Assembly: GCF_001194135.2 (NCBI RefSeq)
Contig: NC_068986.1
Coordinates: 44,121,081-44,185,080, forward strand
Direction of reading: 5' to 3'
Length of the DNA stretch: 64,000 nt
Source: Octopus bimaculoides
Taxonomy: Eukaryota
The notes beneath the pieces were generated by a model. It saw nothing but the letters and a program-made list of their open reading frames with translations, had not been told where the DNA came from and searched no databases. A program made the position numbers and the translations under genes. Shown in pieces: positions 51,490 to 64,000 of the stretch; position 1 is the stretch's first letter; every line of letters begins with the position of its first letter.

Positions 51490-54400
51490 GTTTAACGTCC
51501 GCTTTCCATGCTAGCATGGGTTGGACGATTTGGTAGATAATCATTAAGAATAAACATTGGGCAGTTGTGATAGTGTAACATTTGTGTTTGTGATTTGCAC
51601 ATTTCTTAATCAGTCACCAGAGAAATCTATTTTAATGAACTCTTAAAGTTCTTTAATGTGATCCACAATACACAACTATAGTACTGATGTATTTTTTACT
51701 ATAGATATGTTTTTCTTATGCATACTGAATTATTGAAATTCTAAATTGCTTTATGCATGTCTTAACATAAAGAAATAAATATATTTTGTGGAAAAAAATT
51801 AATTTTTCTTTTTGCATAATTGTTGCTTTATAAAAATTGTCATTGGTGTAGTTTTTTTCTGTGTTTTTCTTCACTATTTTTACATCCCAAATTATTTAAG
51901 TTTTTTTTTTTTTTTTTTTTTTNNNNNNNNNNTGTATATTATCCTATTCAAAGTGTTGATAAATATAATGTATTTTTCAGAATTCTGCTTAAAAATGTAG
52001 GATTTTATTGTTGTGGTTCATATTCTACAGTGTTATGCCTTTTTTTTTTTTTGGGTTCAGTTGTTTAATTTTTCATAGTTAAATATAAATTTTTAAGAAT
52101 TATTTTGAGAAAGAAAATTAGTGAATCAAAAGTTGATTAATATTTATGTGATTTAATTTTAAATTTATTGAATACCACTAGTTAAGTTTTTTCAATGCAA
52201 AATTACTGTGTATATTCAATGTTCAATGAAACAATATCAGAATGATATAGCTTATAATGATATTTTATATTGGATACTTTCTAATGTTCACTATGTAAAA
52301 ATCTTGTTTGGGAATTATTATAGTAGGACAATTACAGTATGGAAGACACATTAGCCATTCTTTTCACTTAAACATTTATTAGGTGCCAAAATTTTTGTTG
52401 CAGATGGTGCAGGGAGAATTTTGTTACCAAATAATAGATGCTTAAGCAAAGTTTTTGTGTGTTTTTGAATGGTTAATGTCTTTCATGGTGTAACTGTTTT
52501 ACTTTGAATTTATGGCCTCAGATCATATCACTTGCCAGACAAGTGCACCTCTGAATATTTTAGTAGAAATTATTTCAATATAATTAATTGTAAGAAATTC
52601 TCTTCAAATGAAGCTGATGATTAAATAAATGTTCGAATTTTTCCAAAAGAGTATTTACTAAATTTATGTTTTTTTTTAATCCCCTCCCTTTTTCTTTTTA
52701 TGTACAAATCCATTCTTTGCAGTGTCTGTATAACATTTAAAATTTTCATAACTTTAAACCAATTCCTTAGATATTAACTGATTGCTTTAGAGAACTAAAG
52801 GTAATTTATTCACTCTGCAAGTTTTAGAAAGTGTTTACATAATTTGTCATGCATTTTAAGATAACTTTAATTTTAATAGGTGAAACTAGTTCAGAACATT
52901 TGTCTTAAAGATTAAGAACAAATATGAAAGAGCAATACTTAATTACTTAGATGTTTTTTTTTTCTATAGCTCTCTTATTTTGTAGATTTAAATGGTTTAA
53001 TTTCATCATAAACATGCTGTAAATTTATTGAAATATAAAATGTTAGACAACAAAAGCAATTTTTGTTTAATACTTCCTAAAAACAGTGGTACCTGACTCC
53101 ATATGTTACTTGTGAACTATTTGATTATATCAAGCTTAGTGAATAAATTATCCTGTGTCAGTTGTTTTCATATTGATAATAAATTAGAAAATATTTATTT
53201 TCTGAAACTAATAAAATACAGAGTATAGAAGTTTTTGAAAACTGAAATTTTAATCCAAAGCATTTTCATAACTTTATCCTAAGTGTCCATGGTTATTTTC
53301 AACCTTTTTAGTCAGCCCTTGTTTCATACATTCTTATAATATAAACTTTCCTTTCATAAGTCCCATGTTATGTAGGTTGTTGAAAAACAAAATTAGGAAT
53401 GTGTATCATATATGATGCATAAATGGCAAGGAAACAGGTCCTGTGTGTCTGTCATGTGATACTCAGGCAAAAGTTTAAAACCTTTTACTCTTATGTTTCA
53501 TTTTACATACAGCTAAGATATGCTTCTATACATATATCACTGACTTAAAAGTCAGGGATCACCTTAGCTGTATAGTAAAATGAAATATTTGTGAACTGAT
53601 AATTCTTTGCAAATCTTGGGACTATGAGAGTGAAGCTAAATAGTTCAGGTAGAAATATACTGGAAACATAAATTTGGAAGTATTCTTTTATTGTTATATT
53701 TTATCATCAGTTAATAGAGATAATGGTATTCAATGTGGAAAATATCCTCGATATATCTTAGCCCACAAGATACCACTGCTACATTGGTAGATATAGATTT
53801 CTGAAATTCATTTGCACATCAAGGCTTTTCTGTTTCCATGTACCTATGTTTTATTTCATATAAAAAGTGCCCCACAGTATCTTTATCTCCCCCACCACAC
53901 ACTTACATGCATACAGGTATTTGCAATAATTAACATTAGGCAAAATAGAAATGTTTTCCAATGAGCATCAGTATTATTTTAGTAATTTCACATATTAATG
54001 GCGAGTTTTATTGATAGCATATGATTTTCATATAGTGATTTTTCTTTTTCTGTTTAAATGCATTTTCAATTTGTATTTGTGTGTGTGTTTGTGTATATGA
54101 TATACATTCTAATGTTTTACTGAAGACAAAAACTTGAACAATGTAAACATTTACTTTTTTTATTTTATTTATTTTTGTTTGTCTTAATTTCGTTAACAAC
54201 ATATTTTGTCAAGAAATTTTTACTTTAAGAATAAATATAGACATTCTTGCTATGTATTTTCCTATTAAAGGATCACAAGAACTAAGAACATTATTTTAAC
54301 TCTTCTTTAGAAATTCCATTTAAGGAGAGTATCTAAATATATTTGTGTAAGTTAAAATGTATATTTTATTGCAATATAAGATATTGATCCCAAACAATCA

Positions 54401-55764
54401 ATCTGTTATGCTAAATAATGTAATTGAAATGTAGTGTATTTTATATTTAAATGTTCCCACCCAGAAATAAAATAACTGTTAAAAGTATTTAGCAAATTAA
54501 TTTTCCCAGATATTTAATGTACATTTTTGTAACATATTATTTGTTACTTTGCTGTTTTATTTATTTATTTATCTTTCATGATTTTTGCTTAACTATATAA
54601 TATTCCAATTTTATGTTTAAAAATAGTGGCAAAATCATTTAGTCCTATTTTTTTTATGGATATTTAAAACTATAAATCTATACAATGTTTATATACTTTT
54701 TTGAATTTGGTTATACTATCCATTTTTCATATAGAAATATTGAAAAGATATGCTTCTACACTGAAAAAAATTGCTAGTTTTATAAAAGCAAAAAACAAAA
54801 CAAAAAAGATTCTAAATCATTTCTTTTCAGTCACCTCATTGATGACGAGAAGTATGCTTATTATATATTTGTTTTTTTTTTTGTGGGGTGGTGGGGACAT
54901 ATTGTTATATGTAATACAATTTTTTTCCAAGTTCCATTTCATGAAACTAGTAAAATTTATTAGGATTTACTAACTGAAACTCAACACTAAGGAGATTTCT
55001 AGAAAATTTGTTGATAGATAGTGACTAAGGTTGGAGTTTTTAATTTTTTAAAAGATATTTTGTTTAATTAGAAATAAAAATGATTTACATATATCCTCAA
55101 AACATGGGATCTAACTTTTTGAGTATGTTATTTAGTATCTAAAATTTTTTCAAACTCTATCCTGATTCAAACCAACAATTTTTTTTTACTGTAAGACTTA
55201 TCACAAAAGAAGAGATAATTTGCCAAATACATCTACCTTCTTTCACTGATTAAATTTTCTTTCTTAGTTAACTGTTGTTTCAGATGAGATTCAACTATCT
55301 TCTTTCTGCTTTGATCTGTGGTCTTAAATTTATCTCGTCTATCTATGCTGGGTTCTTAAAAAAAAAAAAAATGTTTACTTGAATGTTAGTAACTTACCAA
55401 AGCTTCAAATTGTGAGTCTTGTATGTCTTCTGTAAGTCTGTATTTCATTTGAATCTGACTATTCAATATTAACTGATCAATGTATTTAATTGTTTTTAAA
55501 CATATTTCTTTCATCCATTACATTTTGCATAATACTTTGTAATTATTCTATTATTCCATTTCAGAGATTTTATGCAAGATTAATAATTTATTTTCTTTCT
55601 TTTTTCCTTTTTTTTTTTACAAAAAAAATTATTTACTTATTTATTGGGAAAAAAATCAAACCTACAGAGGCATTGTGAATTAGAAGATTTGGGTGAAATG
55701 TACATGACTTGTGTGGTTAATGCAAAGCTTGAAAGATAGTTACTTTAGCAAGGATATGCTTAAG

Positions 55765-55800
<36 letters not shown>

Positions 55801-56048
55801 ATTTCATATTGTGTTTTCTAGAATCAAGTTCACACTTGTATCTTTGATGTATTATATAACTTACACTGCTTTGTTCTCTGTTCACAGATGTAGTCATTAA
55901 AAAATAAAATACTGGCATTGTACTTCCTAACTCATTGCTATAGCTGACACTTTGAAGCCACAAATCTGGCAAAACTTTGAAACCACTGTCAATAAAATTA
56001 CATGTGTATATATATATNNNNNNNNNNCTCTTCCGATCTTATATATAC

Positions 56049-56079
<31 letters not shown>

Positions 56080-56238
56080 TTCACTAAGTAACCAAGCAAT
56101 TTATAATCATTCGCAAATATATTCCTGGAACATATTTTTAGTTTATAATAAACTTTATGATTAATAATATATTTTCTCTAATACTTCAAGTCTTACCAGG
56201 CAGTATGATATTATCTATAACTGTTGGTAGATATAATG

Positions 56239-57235
56239 TAGGCGTCGGCAACCTAAACCAGGCTGCAAGGCTACTGGGCCACGTCTAGGCCACCTTGCAG
56301 GCCACAATCCTCTCCCAACACACAAAAATCAATGATAATAAATGTAAATTGAACCTTTATTAAGACTTGCAGTAATCAGAATGTGAAACGATTAATGTGA
56401 AGGCTGGTGATTCTTTGAAACAGATAGAGAGTCAGTGTCCAGCTTGATGGATGAGGAGGCCAGGAGGAGACCATCTTGAAGATGAGTGTCTGTAAGCTGT
56501 GCTCTTGTCTTGTTCTTCGTCAGCTTCATGCGGCTGAACAGCTGCTTGCAAGATTATGTGGACCTGAACATTGAAGCTAAGTGCAGAGCCTCCCGAACAA
56601 GAGCTGGGAAAGCACGGAAGGCTGAGAGCAAGCACCAGTACTCCATGGGTGACACAAGTACAAACTTTGTGCAGTGGCTCTCTGAGCACTGGAGCTCAAT
56701 GAGCTCCAGCTAAAGGCTATTGGTCACTTCCACAGAATCCACATCAAAGAGAATGGAGAATAGCTTGAGCTCCTTCTCACAGGCGCACACATCTTTGAAG
56801 CGCCTCTCGAACTCGCCTTGCAGCTCAGACAGAGTAGTGGCATAGCAACAGCAGGGGTCAGGCGCAGCTCAGCCAAGCGGACGAAGTGAGTAAATTTCCT
56901 CTGGTTGAACTGATGCTCTTACAGGCGAAAAATAACTTATTGTACAGTGATACTACACTACAGTATCAGACAAAAGGACGATTTCCTCTTTCTCTCTAAC
57001 TCTATCAGAATTCTTCTCCAAAGTTACATTTATTCAGTGTCAGTATCATGAAAGTAGGACGTTGTTCTGTTTGGGGAGAAGACGGCCGCTGATTGGCTCT
57101 GTTAAATTTGCCGTCGGTTCAAAAAACCCCACCGGGTCGCGGGAGATGTCTCACGGGCCACACCTAATGGAAATCTGGACAAGGTGCCGTGGGCTGCATG
57201 GCAGGAGCTCGCGAGCCGCAGGTTGCCGACGCTTG
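56239..57235 (-). mobile_element. Internally deleted hAT DNA transposon (Buster/SPIN/GTF2IRD2-like) with a decayed transposase C-terminus
   Basis: TIRs TAGGCGTCGGCAACCT / reverse complement CAAGCGTCGGCAACCT. Perfect 8-bp TSD ATATAATG at 56231-56238 and 57236-57243. The minus strand (~56850 to 56432) reads ...ELQGEFERRFKD...L*LELIELQC...LASMFRST*SCKQLFSRMKLTKNKTRAQLTDTHLQ..., the hAT dimerisation region with in-frame stops. Confidence 0.92.
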
Positions 57236-60200
57236 ATATAATGGGAAGTTAAAAACTCATCACTGCCAGAAACAGTGGATGTTTGTTACCTTTCTCAATG
57301 TTTTTGTGAGATTACTCTTATTCAGTCTAGTCCAGATTACAGTGGGTCCAGCAAAGAAAGTCACCCAATAGTCTGTCTTGTTTAATCTGGCATCGTGTGA
57401 TGTATTCTCTTATGTGATTTATTGTCTCAGCGGCAGTGAAATAATTTAGGAATTTTTCACACCCATTGGTGTCCAACATATTTTTTTATTAGAAAATTAG
57501 ACTCAAATAATGCAGGACAGTTTTTAGTGTTAAAACTTTATAATGGAGTTTGCACTCAATGAAAGTCCATCTAGCCGAAGATAAATACTTCTTGTTGGGA
57601 GCATCTTACTATTGTTGGCAGCGATAACACTATCAAATTGAGTGATTTGCTTGCTTGTAGTACTGACTATAAGTCTTCCTATGAGTGTAGTCAATAGGGA
57701 GCTGAATCCCGTTGGTCTTATCTAGATCTCAAAAGGTCTGGTTACTTCAGATTTTGAAAAGTACTAGCTTGCCTAATTAACATTTCATGGACAATGTATT
57801 ATGGTTGACAAGTGCTGTAGCTTATCAATTATACATAATAAAAGTACAGGTGTACCTCAACTTACGTCATTTCAGGTTATGTCTCTTTCAACTTTGTCGT
57901 TTTTTTTTTTTTGAAAGAAATTAATGGAAAAAATAAACCTTGACTTTAGTCACTTTAATCAAACCTTACATCAGTCTCATCAACCACACTTTTAGAGCAT
58001 AAAAATTCTTTTAAATCTCAAAAATAAATAACACCTAAAAACCAATACTGAAGTGGGAAATCAAACCAAATACATGTGAAAATGTGTACAAATCATTTAT
58101 TAAAACAGATATAAGCTCATAAATTTTTTAAAAAGGTTTTTGCATGTTACGTTGTTTTTCAAGTTAAGTCACATGTCTTGGAACTAATTACCAACATAAG
58201 TTGAAGTATGCCTGTAATANNNNNNNNNNNNNNNNNNNNNNNNNNNNNNNNNNNNNNNNNNNNNNNNNNNNNNNNNNNNNNNNNNNNNNNNNNNNNNNNN
58301 NNNNNNNNNNNNNNNNNNNNNNNNNNNNNNNNNNNNNNNNNNNNNNNNNNNNNNNNNNNNNNNNNNNNNNNNNNNNNNNNNNNNNNNNNNNNNNNNNNNN
58401 NNNNNNNNNNNNNNNNNNNNNNNNNNNNNNNNNNNNNNNNNNNNNNNNNNNNNNNNNNNNNNNNNNNNNNNNNNNNNNNNNNNNNNNNNNNNNNNNNNNN
58501 NNNNNNNNNNNNNNNNNNNNNNNNNNNNNNNNNNNNNNNNNNNNNNNNNNNNNNNNNNNNNNNNNNNNNNNNNNNNNNNNNNNNNNNNNNNNNNNNNNNN
58601 NNNNNNNNNNNNNNNNNNNNNNNNNNNNNNNNNNNNNNNNNNNNNNNNNNNNNNNNNNNNNNNNNNNNNNNNNNNNNNNNNNNNNNNNNNNNNNAGACTC
58701 TTTCTTTCCCAAGGAAGTTTTTTTTGTCTTTTGCAATATAGATTCTGAAATCTTAGCACATATCCTAAATTATTTATAAACCAATACTTTCTAAAATAAA
58801 TACTTTTAAAAAAAATATTTTTGTAGATACTTCTATATTAAATGAAAAATTATCCAGAAATATATTGCTACAAAGCATTTGAAAATTTACTATTTTTTTA
58901 AAAAAGAAAAGTAATTATTTTTTGTGTCAATTCTAAATTAATCTGATATATGACTTCATAATCTAACAGACTTTATAAAATTCCAACAAAAGTTTTAGGT
59001 AATATAGCAAATATTTAATTTTTGGTTGAGACTCCCTGTGTTAAGTTATGTATTAGAAACTATCATTTTCCCCCCTTGTATTTTTTTAATTAAAAAAGTT
59101 TTGGTTTTTTTTTACATATTTTTAATTAAAAGTTTTTTTTTTTACATATTTTTTATGATTAAAAACTCAAATTGGATTAGGAGTTTGCAAGTGTGAAATT
59201 AGAATGTTTTGTAATTATTGTTGGATCCCACTGGATATCTACTTAAGTTTTTATCTTCATGTAGTGTTCAGTGGCAAGTGAGCTTGATGAAGCTTATCAC
59301 TCATTGGTCTTTTGACTCCTATTTTCACTGGTTCAAAGTATTAGTAAAGTGAAATGAATAGTTCTACTGGAGATTATACCATGTTCTAGATTAGTTCACT
59401 CAGAAAACTGCACAACTTCTGGTGATCCTTTGTGTTGTTAACTACTCAAATATATATTTAAAGTAATATGCAGTTTTCAGCTACCTATACTGAGATGTAG
59501 AAAAGGCATGATCTTGTTCTGAAGATTCTAGTATTTTAAGTTAAATATAAGTTATTCTCTGACTTGGATCTTAAGTTCTTTTCTAAAAGATTTTAGCAAT
59601 TTACCAGTTGTTGTTACTCAACATTTATACTTTTTAAAGGTAAAGAATTATTATTCCATTATTGAATAGAGTCGGGGGTTTGTCAGAAACTGTTGTTGCT
59701 TGTTAAACTAGATGGTTCATTAGATTACATTGATTTAATTCATCCACAAATTGTTTTTACGTACTTTCAATGTGGATTTGATAAAATCAGTATCAATACA
59801 GCACTGGTATCACTTCTATAAATTCTACATTCTCGTAAATAAAATTTAACAAATAAAAATATTATTATGCCACTGCAGAAAAAAATTCTTATTTATGAAG
59901 GTAGTTGATTTGCTACAACAGAAATTGTATTTATTGATTGTAAGTTGGACGTATTTGGTTTAGATCCATGAGTTAACTGAAGCATTCATTATCACTCCTG
60001 GGTTAGTGTGTGTGTGTGTCATAACAGGAAGTGGGTAATTAGCTTATAAGTGGTTGAACATTCCACTGACATGTTCACTTTGAACATAATTCTCAGGTGG
60101 GTTCACTGCAACAAGGCTCACCTTCAAATTACAGGTGCCATTTATCTGGCAGATTCTACTGAATTTTATTCAAGGTCTACATTGAGCTGAGGCTATGGTA

Positions 60201-62271
60201 CAGAACTCTCCCAAACCTGTGACTTCATGATTATGAAGCAAACATTTTAACCAGTAGCCCATGCTGCTTCCAAAAAAACTTGAGCTAACAGCTATTTACC
60301 TTGTTTTCAGAAAATTTAACGCCAGTAATAGGTTACAAAACCCATTTTCAACTAATACTTCTTGGGGATCATGTATGATGTGAGGATTGTATTATATAAA
60401 ACATGTGATTAAAATAGCATTAATTAATAACTATTGTTACCTTTTCTCACTACTTAATTATTTCTTAGCTTTTTAATAACCCTATCACAAAATATAGTAG
60501 CAATAACTACACTGTCAATGGCATCTGAGGAATTCTTTGCTGTAAATCATTCCAATTTTTCCTATTTCAACTAGTCTACATTATTGTATGTTTACTTTGT
60601 ACTCCAGGCAGAAATTTAGCAGATCTGTTTGAGCATCAGACAAGAAGCCTTGTAGTATTTCATTCAAGCTCTTTGCATTTTGAGCTTGAATCCTGCTGAG
60701 GTCAATTTTGCTTCTCATTTTTTTGAGATAGATAAATTAAAAGTTTTGGTCCTGAGCAGCAGATTGACAGAATTATTAGTGTTGACCAAAATGCCTTGTG
60801 GTAATTGTTTTCATTGGTTCTGTTCTGAGTGCTCATACAGGTATAAGCAAACTTCTCTATATCTAGCTGACAAGATGGTGTCTAAAAAAGAGAAAAAGGA
60901 AAGCAACAGGAAACCACTTTTGTACTCACCTACCAGTGCACAGTGTATAGTTCCTTGATTTGTTGCATGTCAAGAAAGTCAATCTGATGTTGTAGGAAGA
61001 AAGACATAGTGATACCTTCATCGCTACTTACCCGAGTAAGGTGAAATCTATGTTTTACTGATGTGAATATGGGAATGAAACATATCTGAAGCTTCTTGAC
61101 CTAAAAAAATATTAGTCAGTGTTAAGTTCTGAATAACTTAACTATTGTAGAATATGCATTCTGTAAGATACAACCTACTACAGTTACAAAAGATTGAGTT
61201 GAATGTTATGTTGGAACAGTGTTAATTTATAAGGAGTGTAAATGGCAAAAGCAGCTGGAGTGATGTATGCAGATGAAACAATGTAAAGATAAGCGCTGGA
61301 TGAAAGTGTTGTGATTTGGTGGCAGTTATCTATAATATATGTAAACTAAGGAGAGCTTTAGAGCAATAAGTTAAATTGAAACTTTACAAATGGAATGAAA
61401 GAAAACCTGAGATGCCCGAGTTGCTGTACATTGGACCTATGCAACTTGTGTCTGCATTTCAAAATAAATGTTAAAACGATGATGATGATAATGATTTTTG
61501 TATGGGACTCCACTATGATATAGTTTTATATTATGGCTGTTTATTTGCTTTATAGATAAATAAGGAAAATATTTTTATATGAAACTTTTTTCATACGGGT
61601 TTTCCAAGGAGGAAGGGACAAAGTATTTGATTAGTGCTTTCTTTCTGAGTATGTCAATCAGAAGGGAGAGTATTGGTTGATGTTAATACTGTTGATGCTG
61701 TTTTTAAAAGGTTTAAAATATTAATTAAAAAAATCTCATTTGAAAATGTCTTTATCCATGATTTCTAATATGTTATCTAACTTTTCTGGCAAAGAAGGCC
61801 TGAGATCAGTATTTAGTAATGGTGGTGATGGGTCATGGTGAAGTGTTAGTAAAAAGGCATGTTTACTAACTTATTTCTTTCTTTAATCAATAAGTTTTCT
61901 AGTTCAGACTTCAGTGAAAAATGTTTCATTTTAAAAGGTTGGTTTTTTTTTTTTTAGTTTTTTTTTTTTTTCATATTTGCCTGCATATTTTATTTATGTA
62001 TATTTTGAAAATATTACCATCTCTTAAAATTGGTCCCATCTTCAAAGTAAGCATATCACTACTGTTTCTTTTTCTGTTAGTCTTGAAAGACAGTTAGCAT
62101 GTATGTGTATATGATTTGTTTTGCCAGAAAAGCTTTTATATTTAAAATATTATTTCATATTTATTAGGTGGTTAGTTCTTCATTTGTTTAGGTAAATATA
62201 AACAAGATAGATATTTTAATTAATTTACTTCAAGATTTTGTTTCTTTTGGTGAAAAAAAAAATTGAAGCTT

Positions 62272-63112
62272 NNNNNNNNNNNNNNNNNNNNNNNNNNNNN
62301 NNNNNNNNNNNNNNNNNNNNNNNNNNNNNNNNNNNNNNNNNNNNNNNNNNNNNNNNNNNNNNNNNNNNNNNNNNNNNNNNNNNNNNNNNNNNNNNNNNNN
62401 NNNNNNNNNNNNNNNNNNNNNNNNNNNNNNNNNNNNNNNNNNNNNNNNNNNNNNNNNNNNNNNNNNNNNNNNNNNNNNNNNNNNNNNNNNNNNNNNNNNN
62501 NNNNNNNNNNNNNNNNNNNNNNNNNNNNNNNNNNNNNNNNNNNNNNNNNNNNNNNNNNNNNNNNNNNNNNNNNNNNNNNNNNNNNNNNNNNNNNNNNNNN
62601 NNNNNNNNNNNNNNNNNNNNNNNNNNNNNNNNNNNNNNNNNNNNNNNNNNNNNNNNNNNNNNNNNNNNNNNNNNNNNNNNNNNNNNNNNNNNNNNNNNNN
62701 NNNNNNNNNNNNNNNNNNNNNNNNNNNNNNNNNNNNNNNNNNNNNNNNNNNNNNNNNNNNNNNNNNNNNNNNNNNNNNNNNNNNNNNNNNNNNNNNNNNN
62801 NNNNNNNNNNNNNNNNNNNNNNNNNNNNNNNNNNNNNNNNNNNNNNNNNNNNNNNNNNNNNNNNNNNNNNNNNNNNNNNNNNNNNNNNNNNNNNNNNNNN
62901 NNNNNNNNNNNNNNNNNNNNNNNNNNNNNNNNNNNNNNNNNNNNNNNNNNNNNNNNNNNNNNNNNNNNNNNNNNNNNNNNNNNNNNNNNNNNNNNNNNNN
63001 NNNNNNNNNNNNNNNNNNNNNNNNNNNNNNNNNNNNNNNNNNNNNNNNNNNNNNNNNNNNNNNNNNNNNNNNNNNNNNNNNNNNNNNNNNNNNNNNNNNN
63101 NNNNNNNNNNNN
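62272..63112. other. Assembly gap (N run) likely hiding a splice acceptor and part of an exon
   Basis: N run directly abutting an exon-like segment. Other gaps lie near 7073-7351, 10734-11562, 18996-19094, 33137-33328 and 58220-58694. Confidence 0.9.
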
Positions 63113-63187
63113 CCACTGCCGCTACTACTAAACCAATTCTACCTTCCCTCAGAGCTGCTATAAGATCATCCACTGGTTCACCACTGA
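63113..63187 (+). CDS. Probable downstream coding exon of the hnRNP C-like gene; its 5' part lies in the N gap
   Basis: The sequence emerging from the gap is GC-richer than its flanks, is open as TAATTKPILPSLRAAIRSSTGSPL, and ends in a strong donor A|GTAAGC at 63188. No homology was recognised, so assignment to this gene is inference. Confidence 0.5.
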
Positions 63188-63952
63188 GTAAGCTTTAGAA
63201 ATCTTTTTAACCCTAAATCCTACAAAAAAAAATTGTTGATTCATTAAGCAAAAAGTATGGTGAAAATTTTACATGTACGGGTTTGCCATCTCTGCTACAT
63301 AATGTGATGTGATTTGACATAGGGTTTATTTTATTTATTTTTTTTTTTTTGTCAATATAGTTACAGATCCCTGTTAAAATAAGCTTTTTAAAGAAAAAAT
63401 TTTTTGGCAAGGAAATAACTTTTAAAATCTGGTCAAATTATATTTAAATCAAAATTTAAAAAACTGTAATATTTTTTTATTGGTGAAAACATTTTTTTTC
63501 TGCACACTTTTGTTATTAATTTTTCAAAGGTTTAAGATATAAAAGAGGAATCACATGCAAATTTTTCCCTCTCAAATAGCTTTTAATTCATTGGTGATTA
63601 CTTTTGATTCCTATCTCACAGTTTACATATTTTTGTATATTATTAATTAAAAATATTTTTTAAAATTTGATTTAACAATTAACCAGTTTAACATGTTTAT
63701 TTGATCAAAGAACACACATTATGAATAGCTAATGACAGTTGTGATTTAAACTAAGAAATCAATATTTTAGAAGCTTTAAATTTAATGGTACATTTTAACA
63801 TGTTGCTTATTTTATATACACAAACACACGCACATATATATACACATGCATATATATATACACACACATATATATATATGTGCATATATATATGTATATA
63901 TATGCATATATATATGTATATATATGCTTATATATATGTATATATATATATA

Positions 63953-64000
<48 letters not shown>

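Noticed and set aside
56486-56713. Plus-strand ORF with a signal-peptide-like start
   Set aside because: It is the antisense frame of the hAT transposase remnant.
60680-60958. ORF containing PCGNCFHWFCSEC, resembling a zinc finger
   Set aside because: The underlying DNA aligns with tandem decayed SINE-C heads, so the cysteine pattern is fortuitous.
60996-61036. Possible small exon ending CCGA|GTAAGG
   Set aside because: Poor pyrimidine tract and no recognisable peptide. Candidates at 44341, 52402 and 55284 were similarly weak.

Overview
AT-rich, microsatellite- and repeat-dense metazoan genomic DNA with several N gaps. The SINE/LINE families resemble octopus (cephalopod) repeats; this is inferred from recognition, not a search. 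One protein-coding gene is well supported: a plus-strand hnRNP C/RALY-family RRM gene. Its coding exons lie at 38116-38359 and 42572-42704, a further probable exon ends at 63187 (mostly hidden in a gap), and the gene probably continues past the window. A second, unidentified gene may run on the minus strand from a CpG-rich promoter-like zone at ~23.8-24.2 kb, with candidate exons at 23026-22976 and 3540-3475 and a uORF/tandem-acceptor arrangement. The rest is mobile DNA: tRNA-derived SINEs, RTE-clade LINE fragments, Tc1/mariner remnants and a MITE, two hAT (Buster-type) elements with 8-bp target duplications, TTAA-flanked MITEs, Helitron/Helentron-like elements, and a 1.7-kb long-TIR transposon with a decayed Sola-like transposase. 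The most interesting observations are perfect or near-perfect fold-back hairpins inside the hnRNP C-like introns, a splice donor that overlaps a stop codon and could give an RRM-only isoform, the candidate divergent gene, and a GC-rich Buster/SPIN-like hAT insertion. I found no unambiguous novel multi-gene system. Most ORFs in the supplied track are microsatellite or gap artefacts.
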